NCBI RefSeq assembly: GCF_018350175.1
Contig: NC_058368.1
Span: 41,976,001-42,040,000 of the forward strand
Direction: 5' to 3'
DNA length: 64,000 nucleotides
Source: Felis catus
Taxonomy: Eukaryota
The stretch's first letter is position 1; each line of letters starts with the position of its first letter. The notes below the pieces were generated by a model, which saw only the letters and a list, made by a program, of their open reading frames with translations, ran no database searches and had not been told where the DNA came from. Shown here piece after piece: positions 1 through 13,462 of this stretch. The position numbers and the translations under genes were made by a program.

Positions 1-3000
1 TACAAAGTAATGAATTATATGTTATTCCCTCACTAGACAAGTCTAATGAGAGAAAAAATCATATATATAGATATAGAGATATATCATAGGTAATAATACA
101 GGTATTATATATACACCCATTATACCTGATCCTTAGCATGGTCTTGCAGATAGCAGCTGCTCAATAAATACATTAATTATACCTTTTTGTTCTTAAAATT
201 AACAATGGGTATAGAAAAAAATATAATCAGACAGGAATATGTAAGCTGAACACCTTGGATTATTTTCAACCTAAATAAGAAAAGCAATTTCCATAAAATA
301 TCACAACAGAAAATAAACGAAAATTCTTCAACAGTCCAAAACAGGTAGTCTTTACTTTTTAATCAACATGAGGTTAGAACCAATCAACTATTTAAATATA
401 AACATTTTATTACTTTGATAGTTTAATTCCTTTAGAATTTCGAATTAATATATAATCCAAAAATGTTCCTTATAAATGAAGTGTATACTTCTATGTGATG
501 AACTGTCATATGTTAACACCTAAGTTTCCTTGCACACACAGATACATACATATTGCTGTGTGTACATCTATTTCTCTTTATAATGGCCATAATCGTAACA
601 GTCAAATTTAAGGTTGTAGCCTCAAACCTTTACAGCTACTGCAGAGCCTATAAAGGAATCCTGCTTAAGATTGTTAAAGATAGCATTCACAGTTAGTCTT
701 AACCTTGGTAGATCATTAAATAAGAAACTACTAATGAGACATGCCCTTCTTCTAGCCAATGCTTCTTTTTTATTCAGCATGACAGCATCATCCACACCAT
801 AACTGCAAAGTAATCTGTTTTGTCTGGGAATCATAATTACATATTGACAAGTTAAACTGTGAGACCTAAATCAGGGGAATTTAAGCTATTATGGGAGCGT
901 TCTCATGGGGAAAACCTAAAGGGACATCAATTATTTTGCCACAATCTCACTCCTTTTCAATTTTCCATTCTTGTGTAGAATGAAATCCTATGAGAAAAGA
1001 AGCTATAGAAAAACTGGATGCAGTACTTTGCCTTGGGATTGAGAAATAGCTTCTATGAGTAATTAAAATAAAAACAGGTTATAACTCATCAGTGAATTTA
1101 TTCAGGGGCAGACATTTCTATCAGTGCATTGTATTTTTTCCATGTAAAATTACATTAAAGAGAAATAATATATATTATGCAATTATATATATTATATAAA
1201 AGACTTTACAGCTGCCTGAATAAAAAATAGCATATCATTTTACAGAACAAGTAATTGACAAGCTATCTCCCTGAGAAATAATTTTATATAACATAAATTA
1301 ATTTCAAAAGTCTTTACAACTGTTATAAAAGATCAAAATCATTGGTATTGATTTCTTCCATGAACCAGTCTACTAACAAATAAATATATGGTCAATTAAA
1401 ATTAGAAATAATATCATGCATACCCTTTGCCAATAGTATACAAATTAAGATGGATCCTTAAATTAAAAAAAAATTCTTTTCAGAATTGATTCATTCTAGG
1501 GGTGGAATTATCATTTGCAGTAAACAAACTACCCTGGATTTCAGGAATAGGAATTACCAGGTAAATAACAGAAACAAAAATGGATAACAGTATTTTTTTA
1601 TTTAAATTTTGTTTCACTAGTGACATTTCGGACTAACATGTATATTATCAATATTATACAAATTCTACATTTGGAGCACAAAGTACTTACACTGCCAGGA
1701 AACCATGTATGGTCTGACACCTTTTTCAGAGTTTTGTCCTTTTCCCTAGTTGGTAGTCCTGAAATACAGTGCATTGGGTGTTTCATTCATATCTGTATTT
1801 TTATTACTTTTGTATCCCCAAAGAAACTGAAATAGAAGCAGCCTCTTTCACTGGCAGGGGATTGCGTTCCGATTTTCTTAAGTTTTGCAGTTCCACTTGA
1901 GTTGAAGAGCATTAGTTATTGGTTAAAAGAGGGTTTTCAAAGCTCTGGATCTTAGCACATTGTTGACTGAGGATTCTGAGGCTCAGCAAACCTGGCTAAA
2001 ATCCAGAAGATGATAGATGTATGCAAAGTTGAAAAATAGGACACACAACTGTAAACTCAGCTGATAAACTCCCATCACCAATTTACTAGTTCTCTAAAGT
2101 GCTGATACAGAGGTAAAGGTGGGAAAGCTATGATAACAAACACATTTCTGGCCCTTTCCTCTTATCACAACTAGCAATTAGCCTGAGATCAAAGTTAATA
2201 TTTGTCTTTGTGTAACACGTATACTGTATATCTATCTAGAAGATTATATACATTATCTAACAAGGTTTGATATTTTAAATATTTCCCTAACATATTAATA
2301 TGTTCCATGAAGACCCCAGAAGCAAGTATAAAAACAAACATTAGTAAAATCCATGCAAACTAGAAACATGTACTCTTTCAGATAATTTGTCAAAATATTT
2401 TTCAGCTTCAAAGAAAACATCCTACTGTCTGGGCTCATATTGTCTTGTCTTGTCTGAGTGTGGTGCCTCTCTGTTCAGGGAGGGGTATCTGCAGGAAGGT
2501 TTTTTTCAACCAAGAAAGTTGACTTTGAATTGAATGTTTTTGTCTGACTTTGAACAAATTACATTAGTTTAATGAGCTACAGATTTTTTTATCTTTAGAG
2601 TGAGGATAAGAACTACTCACTCTCCAGGGTGATGAGGCACAAATGGCTTGGAGCTGGTCTGCTATAGGGCCTGGATATGTGCTCAGTCTGTCATAGGTTT
2701 GCCTTATCGGGACAGAACCACTAGGAAGCTTGCTCACAATAGCAACTTCTAAAACACTGATCTCAAATGTTTCAATCTTAGACAAACGTATTTCACAAGA
2801 AAGAAACAAATGTCCAGAACTAGAAACTATACTGAAATCTCCAATAGTCCATGAATTAAGGAGAAGACAGGGAAAGTTGAGTTTCAAATGATCCACTGAA
2901 AACGATTGCCTGCACTTATTCTGTAAAAACAATACTAAAAATAACAACAATGATAATAACATAATAGGATAATAACATAACAATGGTAATAACCCTTAAT

Positions 3001-4734
3001 ATGAGGTAATACAATAAATTCAGTAAACATTGAGAAAACCAGTGGAGTTCATTTTGTTCCCTGCCACCTAGCCACAAACCCTCCCCTCCCTTGAATTTCC
3101 AGTTAACTTAAGCTTCTTTAATCTTTGCAGATATGAGGGCTGCTTAACTATCTCTGCAAGGCAAGGCTACTTATAATTCTATCATTGATCCCCACTGGAG
3201 ACACTCAATGTGGGTCTTTCTCTTCTTGCCTGTATAGGTCAACACTTAGTGATCAACCAGTAGGGCTGGGCCCCTAGAATAAACATCCTCCCATTTTTCA
3301 TAACCATGGATACTACATATTTAATAGAAGCCCCTCCATTCTACAGGTACATGGTCTCTTAATTGCTTTGTCTGTAGTTTTGGCATACATAATAAATAGG
3401 AAACTCTATCTTCCGAAATTGATGCTCCTATTAGTTTCATTCTGCAGTAGCCATTAACCACAACTAAAATATAAATATATAAATCATAATAAGTGTTCCA
3501 TAATGGAGATCATAAAATCTACTACATAAAATGGCTTCATATAAATATACTGAAGTATATCAGCAGCCAAAATGCTAAACTTCGAACCAGAAAAATATTG
3601 CGACAGGGACAAGCAATGTTAAATCACCAGCAAACAAAATATTGCTACATTCATTTACTGAAGGTCAAAAACATGAATGAGAAAATGACTGTTATGAGAG
3701 ATATGGACCAAGGGTGGAAAAACAGATTCTCTTTGCAGAAAATTTTTCTGTGAACCTGGACATTTAATGTGTTGGTGTGATGGGGAAAGAGAAAGTTATC
3801 AAGCAACGATGTTTTTACAATAAAAAATATGGTGAAAAATGGGCGTATCGATCAGCTAGACTGGACTTATTTGTTTTTGCCCACCTTATTCCAAAAAATG
3901 GTTTGAAGTAGCTTGACTGTCAAACATTAAAGCAAAATAGTGCCTGGCGCATAATATTGAAATATCTCAAATATTTGAAGTGAAGAAGAAGTTAGGAAGA
4001 AAAAGAAAAAAAAAACAACAGTGACAAAGGTAGAATTTATGTTAGAACTCACAAAGCTGGTGTTCTTAACTATAAACCTAGAAAAAAAGTAATCTTCAAA
4101 GAACCTTCATTGGAACCCGTTAAATGAGTCAATTGTGGACACAATTAAACATCCAGATACTATCTCCAGAGTCAAAATTAGATCTAAATCCCTCCCAAAA
4201 TTTTGTGAAGGTGTTCAAATATCTTTCTTTAAAATGTATCTTTGAACTTTCAAGTTTCTAGTATCCAAAGGATCGATATATCTTGAAAGACTATAGATTC
4301 AGGCCTGACATAAACTACGTCAGACAGGATCATGAGAAATGAACGTTTTAATAAAAAAGCAATAAATAATTCCATACAGTATATATGTATAAACCATTTC
4401 CCCATTCCAGATAAATTGTAACCAAACCTTCCTTTGAGATTACATATCAATTTAAAACATCTTTGTTGAAATATCTCTCTCATTTTTCTAGAAGTATGGC
4501 ATATATGATTTTATTCCTTACTAGATTACTTACTTACAAGACTGTTTGAGGCCTGAATCCGGTGTTATATTCATCCTTCCATCCTACTCATCGTGCTGTC
4601 TGACACTTGGGAGATACTCCATAAAATGCTTTTTAAACAAGCATATCTCTGATATCACCATAATGCATGTGTGGAAAAGGTCATTAAGTCTTGCACGAAG
4701 TGCTAAATATTGTCAAATACGAATAAGGCACGCA

Positions 4735-4920
4735 GGGTGGTGGTGGCAGGAAGTGATTGCTAACGGATACAGGTTTCTTCTTGGGGTGATGAAAGTATCC
4801 TATAATTGAGAGTTGATGATTACACAACTCTGTGAATATACTAAAAATCACAGAAATGTACACTTTAAACGAGTGCATTTTAGAATATGCAAATGGTATC
4901 TCAATAAAGTTGTTAAAATA
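4735..4920 (+). mobile_element. Old L1 (L1MB-like) 3' UTR fragment
   Basis: Typical L1M 3' end motifs: ggtttcttcttggggtgatgaaa, acaactctgtgaatatactaaaa, tgtacactttaaa, tatctcaataaagttgtt. Confidence 0.75.
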
Positions 4921-7367
4921 CAAGAAGCTCAATTATTGCCATGTCAATTTTGACATTTTTTCTTCTACATTCTCAAGCTGATGTTGAAAATCATGGAGAG
5001 GGATCAGAACAGGATGGGACATACATGGAAATGCAAGAGGATTACAGGAAGTGGGAGTTTGCTCAATTAGTAGTGAACATGGCCTGATTTCTGACCCACG
5101 CAGAGGTGTTCAGCGAGCGTGAGCTCTTGGCTTCAGCCTTCCCAATCTTCAGTTCCACAGATATTCCTACATTTATGAAGCCCTGATTCTTACATTAAAT
5201 CCCTTTATTCCCATTTTTAAAAAGGCTATGAGAGCTACTAAGGTTTACCATAAAATATGTGATGCCTCACACTTGCCGCAAATAGGAACCATGAAGTCGT
5301 TAAGTTTTGAATTCCAGACAGTGAAAATGTGTAAATAGATTATGTTTGGAAAATGGTTTCGCTTTCTAGAACAAATTTCAAAACGCAAATCAAAGTCTTG
5401 AGACTTTATTGCCACTGGCAAGTCAGTGTCATGCCACGGATGGGATAAAATAAGCTTCAAGATAGCATGATTATTAAGCCAGGCGATAATTTGCGTTGTG
5501 AAGGTTTCCTGCAATACTGGGTGGCGGATAATAAGGAGACTAACATTAAATACACCATCTGTCGTGGGTCTTCTGTCTCAAAGAAGATGCACAGCAAAAC
5601 TGAATTCCCTGAAGTACAATGTTATCAGAGATGCTTTTAATTATACCATTTATTCCTATTCCTCATGACAACAAACTTACGTTGGAAGAAACATGCAAAT
5701 AAGACTATCAAAAGGAAATACACCACTTCAAAACTTAAAAACAAACAAACAAAAAAGTTCTCTTCGTGAAGCAGAATCATTTAATTACTCTCACATTTCC
5801 TCCAAAGATTTAGATTTCATCCCCAGAAATTGAATTATAGTCCAAGTGTGCCCAAGAAGTGAAGGGTGCCGGGTGCTGTGAAAACCAGACACTCAATGGC
5901 AGGCCCCTGTTTTTGCTTCAGTCTCTTTGTGGTTTCAAATGCCTATGGCTTGAGGCTCTGCCTCAGAGATCTACATAATGATAGAAATTTACACTGTCCA
6001 CCAGTTATCCTATTTAGATCTTGAAAAAACGTACCTCATCTAGCCAGCATTGTAACTATTCATATGGATGTGCAACAAATGATCCACTAATCCATTTCTC
6101 TTCAGGCCCCCTCCATCAGTCACTCTCAAACTTAAATCTTTCTCTGGAAAGCCAGTGAGAATCTCATGCTCCATCAGGTCATTCTGGGTAATATGTTGAG
6201 ACCAAAGTATATATCATTACACACCTAACCTATTGAGATAGAGAAAAGTACTCTTATTTTTTAACAGTAGTACATAATACTGGGTTCTGGTCTCTTCAAA
6301 AAAATTGGCTTACCTTTGCAATTTCACACTGCTATATTCCATATCAGAAAGTAAGATTTCTTTATCTAGATGGCACCTATTCTAAGAACAATCTGGATAA
6401 ATTAAAATGTCATTAAGCCATTTCAATAATCATCCTCATAGTTCACTCATCTCAGGAAACTATCTCATATTAAGGATAAAATATTAACTAGTTGACTGAT
6501 AATTGCTACTTCTAGAGAGCCTTGTTCTTTTAACATTTCTTAATGCAGACTAACAGACATACCTTTTATAATCTCTCATATTTAGTACAATTACTTAAAA
6601 GTGATCTTTATTTCATAAAAATTCTGAATGCTGACAACACTATTAAGTCCAAAAACCTGCAAAACTACTACTCTGTGGTCAAAACTACCTAAGAGGTACA
6701 GAGGCATAAGTAGACAACCAGAATGGAAATCATAAATTGTCCTCTCTAAGCTTAGTTTAACACTAGCAGAATCTATTATAAAATCTATTTCTCAGTAAGC
6801 ACAAGGAATTTACAGAATCTGAAGCAAGGTCTTGGTTCCATCTTAATAGTCTTCTGAGGACAGGGATCCACCATCAATTCCTGTTAATATTTCTTTACAT
6901 CTCTCAAGCTCTCTTTGTGCTCCAAACACAAATTCTCCATCTACTCTCTACCAAAACGCCTGTAATAACCTTTCATCTGGTTTTTATGCCTCCTTTTATC
7001 TGGGTGCCAACACCAAGTTTAGTGTTCCATAAGCCCTCATTTTCATTATGTTAGACTGCTTTTTTACATTTGTCTCTCTCTCCTTTAGTCTCATTTTTAT
7101 CCTCCCCTAGACAAGATCCATACATGGGCTTAAGACTGATCCTGAAATTATATGCAAAATTGAGTATACATGAATATGCATTTTTCTTTTAGTGGTTCAT
7201 TTTGGTGTCACGAATCACATTGGTGATCTGATTAATGAAATGGATATCCTCTTCAGAAAAATATTTGCATACATGCACCTGGCTATGACATCTTGATAAT
7301 TGTTATTTTATTTGAGACTACTATATTACCATCTGATTACCTATTCAATATTTAGAATTAAAGCTTT

Positions 7368-7411
7368 CTTTTGAGAGAAAGAGAGTGAGAGGGGGAAGGG
7401 ACAGAGAGATG

Positions 7412-7463
<52 letters not shown>

Positions 7464-7589
7464 CCCAAGCAGGCTTCACGCGGTCAGCATGGAGCCAGAT
7501 GTGGTGCTCAAGCTCATGAACCACGAGATTGTGACCTGAGCCAAAATCAAGAGTTGGTCTCTTAACCTATTGAGGCACGCGGGTGCCCC
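7368..7589 (-). mobile_element. Can-SINE (older carnivore subfamily) with expanded (GA)n
   Basis: Reverse-complement SINE head (gggtgcccc at 7581-7589), gtgacctgagccaaaatcaagag core, (GA)n at about 7419-7461, diverged TSD tagaatt(a/g)aa. Confidence 0.92.
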
Positions 7590-7732
7590 TAGAATTGAAA
7601 CTTTTCAAAATAATTTAATGTCCCATGCTCTGTTTAATCACTTCGTATGTCAAGAAAGAAACTATGTCATGGAAAATACTTCATGGAAAAGCCTTAGAAA
7701 GCTGTTTCTCAAAGAAATCCTAATAAAATATA

Positions 7733-8059
7733 CACTTGATCCCTGAACAACACTGATTTTAATTGTATGGTTTTACTTACAGGTAAATTTTTTACAGTGC
7801 AGTACTATAAATGTGTTTTCCTTATGATTTTATTAGTAACATCTTCTTTTCTCTAGCTTATTTTATGGTAAGAATACAGCATATAATACATATTGTATAC
7901 AAGATATGTGGCAATCTATTGTTTATGTTATTGGTAAGGCCTAAGGTCAACAATAGGTAATTGGTAGTTACATTTTTGAGGAGTCCAAAGTTAACACGCA
8001 GATTTTTTTGTTGTATGGGGATTGGTGGTCTAACCCCCACATTGCTAATGGGTCAACTG
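7733..8059 (+). mobile_element. Tigger2a-like (TcMar-Tigger) non-autonomous DNA transposon
   Basis: Imperfect TIRs cacttgatccctgaacaac ... attgctaatgggtcaactg, flanked by TA at 7731-7732 and 8060-8061. Interior ttttctctagcttattttatggtaagaatacag matches Tigger2a as recalled. Confidence 0.82.
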
Positions 8060-8439
8060 TATACTCAACAAGGTTGTGTTTGAGCAGAGAATTAATGTGA
8101 TTTCTAGACTTGAATGAAAGCCACGAATCTTAGATTGTAACCAAATATTACTGCTCCAAACAACTTAGGCATTTCCATTTGATTACTGCGAGGTTCAAGT
8201 TACCAAATCATTGACCAAAGTGGAGAACCATTAGCTACTATCACCATGCAATTCTTAAATGAGTGACAAAAGTTTCAGTTACTTCAGGTTCCAATGGTTC
8301 AAGTGATACCAATATAATATTCGTTTTAACCTTTATACTTCATTGATCTCTATATCATCACTACCTCCAAAAAAAAATCTTGAACATTTTTCATAATTAT
8401 CTTCATTATTTCAAATGCTGCCAAGAAAATATCATTAAA

Positions 8440-8790
8440 TTCAGTTCAAACAGCATTCGACTCAAAATATGTATGAGGCATGGCAGTTGATAAAGGAAGA
8501 AATGAAATATTGTCCTTGACTTCTAGAGGCTCATAATTGAAGTATGAGGCAGTTTCGTAAATGCAAAAAGTTGTAACACGTATCTCAAGAAAGTGAGGGG
8601 AAACTGTTTAACTCCAACCAGAAATAAGCCAAGGGCATTTCAAAGAGAAGGTAGTATTTAAATTAAAGATAAATGAAACTCTGCTATGCAATAAGAAGTG
8701 GTAAGATCATTCCAGTTAGGGGAAATAGTTTACACAAAGGCATATAAGTAGGAAAGCACATGAATTAGTAGCTTGGGGAGACGAATATGG
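8440..8790 (-). mobile_element. L2 LINE 3' fragment (highly diverged)
   Basis: L2-like motifs tgtccttgacttctagaggctcata and cattccagttaggggaaatag...caaaggcata. Confidence 0.5.
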
Positions 8791-11700
8791 GGGTGCATGT
8801 TGGGAAAGTGTACAATATAAAACACACACACAAATAAATTGCCTCTGTGCTGTTTAAAGTTTTGATTATCAGTGAGAAGTTGAAACTAATTAGGTAGTTT
8901 TCTAGTATAACTAGTAATTTTAATAACCCTTACATAAATATCAAGTGCAACCAATTAAAATTAATTTAAATGTGTATCTCCTTTCTATATATTTAATAGA
9001 TTCTTATCTCTGCGTTCCTGACAAAACTTCCTGAGTGAGACTGTGCAAGGCTGCTTTTTATCTTATCGTTTTTTTTAAAAAACAAAATAAGTCACTTTAA
9101 AGAGTATTTTATCCACTCTTTTAAGAAGTGAAAAAGGTATTTTAGAAATCAAATCCTTTAAAATCCCCCCTATTATTCATTATTTTCTCTTACAAATTAC
9201 TGGCATGCATCATAAAAATAAAACGCGAATGCTACTGGCAGTAGGCAGGGAACTTGAAGACCTCACCCTCTCTATCAGAGGACCTCCAAAGTGGCTTGTG
9301 GTGCTGCCATTGGCCCTTTCTTTTCCTTTTGGAAAAGACGGACAATTACTTTGAACTGTACTGCAGTGTGCAGAGGTGAACCAATGATCATATAACATGA
9401 ATTTATGACCAACAAATTCAGTTTCAATTCTGACCTAAGACAAAGAAACTAAAAGAGGTCTTCCGTGTCTTTTGCGGCCAACACTTTGTTTCAAGCTGAA
9501 ACTGTTAAATGAGGGATTTATCTTGGGTCAACTCTATTGGGTTAGTACACTCTATCCAACTTCGTGATACAAGGTTGGTCCATTTCAAACCACATCAAAC
9601 ACGGACCTCTTATTATAAAAGTCTATCTACGGGATAGGAAGGAGCCAGAGAAAGCATTCACATCTGAGTGTCAGCTCATACACTTGGTAAGTATACTGGA
9701 GATAATGCCCTGACTATTTAGACTCTCCACTAGATTCAAGGAGAAATAAACATAAATGAACTAAAAGTAGTTAAAGCACTAGCAGAATGACGCGTTAGAC
9801 TTTAGACAGATCGATGCCGGCACATTTTTAAAAAAGTGAACACTATCAAGAGAGCCCAAATAAGAATATGTTTCAGCCACAAAAGGGAAACATGTTAGGT
9901 ATAGTTCAGAGATTAAATTTCAGATTTGTTTCAACCGACTGTAATTTTCAGCTCAAGCAATGCCTTTTAGAGGAAAATAATCACCACGACACTGTGTGCA
10001 TTTCTGAGGTGAGCACATCTACATGTGTAGCTATTAGCCTTTGCTGCAAGTCTTTTGGCAGACAGACTGGGGTCTGGGCTCAGCTGGGAGGCTGCATGGA
10101 AGTCTCAGAGTTCCCAGCAGTAAAACAGAGCAAATTCCAACAAGCCTACACTTTCCCGCCTTTTTATGGGAAGAGTTGCAAAATAGCATGGCTCTTTAAA
10201 AGAAATCTACCATAAAATTAATACAATACACTCAGGGCTAGAGCATTTAAGTAACAAATCTTAAAATAAATTCAGAGTTTTTGGCTAGCATAATCTATTT
10301 ACAAAAATGGATTGAAAAAAAACAAAAAGCAAAAACAAAAAACCAAAAACTATCTCCTCATAGCACCAACGTTTTTTTTTCATTTTTAAGGTAAACTGAT
10401 AGTATTGATTGAACTATGTTATTATTAATTCCCTGCTCAGATAAATATAACATATTTAAAGAAAAATTAAAAGTAAAATTAAAGTATTATGGCTTAGAAT
10501 ACAGTATAAGTCAACATAAGTTACAAAACTACAAATAAAAAATACAAGCATGCAAACCAAATGAACATTATGTCAAATTTAAAAAATAATTGGAAATATC
10601 ATCTTCACTGGCTACCAACGTTTGGCCTATAAGGAAAATCTAAGAGTAATACTGAGTTAGCACTCTAAAGGTAAACCCACCTCAGTATTGGCAAAATTTA
10701 TGTAATCTCTGTCATCACTACAGGTTTCCGGCTGGGAGTATATCGATGTCTTCTCCCAGAGCTCTGAATCTGAGGGTATTTCTCATTGTTGGCAGCTGGA
10801 CTGCTGAGGGCTGTGTGACAGTAGCTGCCTGAAAATACAGTCCTCTGTGTGTGTATGTGGTACTTAGGTTTCTAATACGGTCAGAGAGAAAATTCCCGAA
10901 TTAATTCTTGAAGCAGCATCTCAAGTGAAAGCATGTTGCAGCAATATGCAGAAGTTAACTTGCAATAAAAAAGAAAAAAAGAAAAAAAAAGTCTTGGAGA
11001 TTTCTGAACATCCATAAAACTTTCAAACCAAATTAAAACACCGCCAAACAATCAAGAATGCTATACAGCTGGAGTGTAATGATTCTTGAATTTTACATCT
11101 TTACTTGCCCTCCCGTTTTCGGTTGAATGCCACTGAGTGATCCACTCACCTCCAAAATCTCTCTCTTGTCTTACAACTATCTTGTTCTTCCATATTCTGG
11201 GAGATGGGCAAAATGTGGGAAGAAGTGGTCACAACCTCTTCATTTTTTCTTTACAATAACTTTGTAAAAAAAATCATCTCTTGCTTGACAGAATTTCCCT
11301 ATGGCATTGGGCCACCTTCACATAGCCATCTATAATTTTTCTCCTGCTTGAAACAATTTCCCACATGCCACTCTTGTTAATGACTGAGATACCCCCTGAT
11401 GGTGCTTAACATTTAATAGTGCTAGAGCTCCACATTTGCCCAAACAACCTTTTCCATTTACCTTACCTCAAAGGCCTTCTAATTTTTCTTCAGAGACAGA
11501 AATCCTTTAAGCCCATTGTATCCTTAGGCTACAAATTTACTGAGATTTAGGTTTCCAATAAGAGCGTTGAGATGAATGCCACCATCTCATTTATGAATCA
11601 ATTTTTGCCCATCGGCTTTTTACTGTTATTACTTTTTATTTTATTTTTCACTCAAAGGAGAGAACCTTTATTACATGTGTGTGCATTTATGTGTGTGTTT

Positions 11701-13249
11701 GTGTGTATATACATACGTGCGCACACATATATTCACGTGTTTCGTATTTATTAAACTGCTGAAAATTTAAAGAAAATTAAAGTCTATGAACACGAAAACT
11801 TCTAAATAAACTTCTGGCCCTAATATCTGTCATACTTTGTCCTTCATTTCTATGTCCACAGGAGAAAGATATACAGGATAAAATTTCTAAGGATTATATT
11901 GAAAGCTGATTAAACAAGTTATTTCCCTGAATATAATTCATGGAAACTCAGTAAGCTGACAGCATAAAACATTTTATATAATTTTATGGTTTGGTGTTCT
12001 AATGCAGACGGTACCTTGAAATGGAAAAATAACAAAGAAAAAAAACACCCTAGTTTTCCAGGGAAATTACACATTATTATAAAACTATTTTTTAAAACCT
12101 TTCCATTGTTTCAAAAATGAAGAACAAAGGTTGACTTTTAAATTACCTAATGATCAATACTTCTGAAAGGTTTCCCAAGCATTTTTTTTGCTTTTGTTTT
12201 CCTTTAATATGGATGTTTACATTAAACGACTGCTTTCACCTCAACCAAAAGGTGCTGCGTTAGTGGTTGGCTATTGTTTATCCAGTTCCTAAAAATGTTT
12301 GAATATGTTCTATGCGTTAAATCCTGTTAATTGAATAATTACCGCATGATTTTATAAATACGGTTAGTCGGTGCCTCACTGTCTTCAATCTTACGGATAT
12401 GTCCAGATTAGGTACAGCCAGTGTACTTGAAATGAAGTAATAAACCCTGATAAATTCTGTCAATTATATCAAAACTGTAGAGCGGGATCATGAACATATT
12501 AAAAAGTTAGTTTTAAAGTAACTCTACGGGATAGTCATGTAGGATGGCAAGATTTCAGAGTAGTGCTCCATGGGTCCCTAGGAGCTCAAAGGTGCCTGAG
12601 GGTCTCTTGGGAGGTGGTCTCCATTGTGGAAGCTGGGGTGGTTCTTGGGAAGGCAACAGGCTGAGCTCTGTGTTGTTTGTCGTCTTTTATCGTAGCAGCC
12701 ATTTGATACTACAAATAATAATGCATGTGATTAAGAAGTTTTCTAGTTGAAATTAAAAAGTCTGAGAATACCTATTATAGTCAATTTAATAACCTACAGC
12801 TGGGGAGATTATGTGACTGCAGTAATTTCACAGAGCTCTTTAAGAAATCAGAAGCAAATATACTATGTCATCTCAAGAAAAGACTGGCATGCTTTCCAAG
12901 TCAGTTAAAAGCAGAGATTCATTGACTTTGTACATATAGAAATGCCTAATCAAATAGAAAAATAGGAAGAACTCTAAAAGAAAAATAAATGATCAATTTC
13001 TATAGATGTCATGTAAGTTTGTTTTGCGTTGCTTAAGGCCTCCTATTTTTTACACACATATGTTAAGTTTCTATTCTCAAATCAACTAACAAAATTGATT
13101 ACATTTGTATTCCACAGTGATTATTTAACTAACGTGTTAACTTTTAAATTTGAGGCTTAGCTAAGAAATTCTGGAATCTTTAAAAAGTTATTAACATGAT
13201 TATTGTCTCCAACTAATATTCTAAAGATATATTAAGAAAACATTAATGA

Positions 13250-13462
13250 GGGGCGCCTGGGTGGCGCAGTCGGTTGAGCGTCCGACTTCAGCCAGGTCAC
13301 GATCTCGCGGTCCGGGAGTTCGAGCCCCGCGTCAGGCTGTGGGCTGATGGCTTGGAGCCTGTTTCCGATTCTTTGTCTCCCTCTCTCTCTGCCCCTCCCC
13401 CGTTCATGCTCTGTCTCTCTCTGTCCCAAAAATAAAAAATAAAAACGTTGAAAAAAAAATCC
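13250..13462 (+). mobile_element. Young felid SINE (SINEC_Fc-type)
   Basis: Head ggggcgcctgggtggcgcagtcggttgagcg, B-box gagttcgagccc, CpGs intact, A-tail. Perfect 17-bp TSD taagaaaacattaatga (13233-13249 / 13463-13479). Confidence 0.97.

Noticed and set aside
2564..2983. Longest ORF (139 aa) with a hydrophobic N-terminus resembling a signal peptide
   Set aside because: The hydrophobic stretch comes from an (AAT/AAC)-rich low-complexity tract. There is no recognisable domain or splice context.
3047..3290. GC-elevated LTR-like patch
   Set aside because: I could not identify termini, a TSD or a family with enough confidence to call it.
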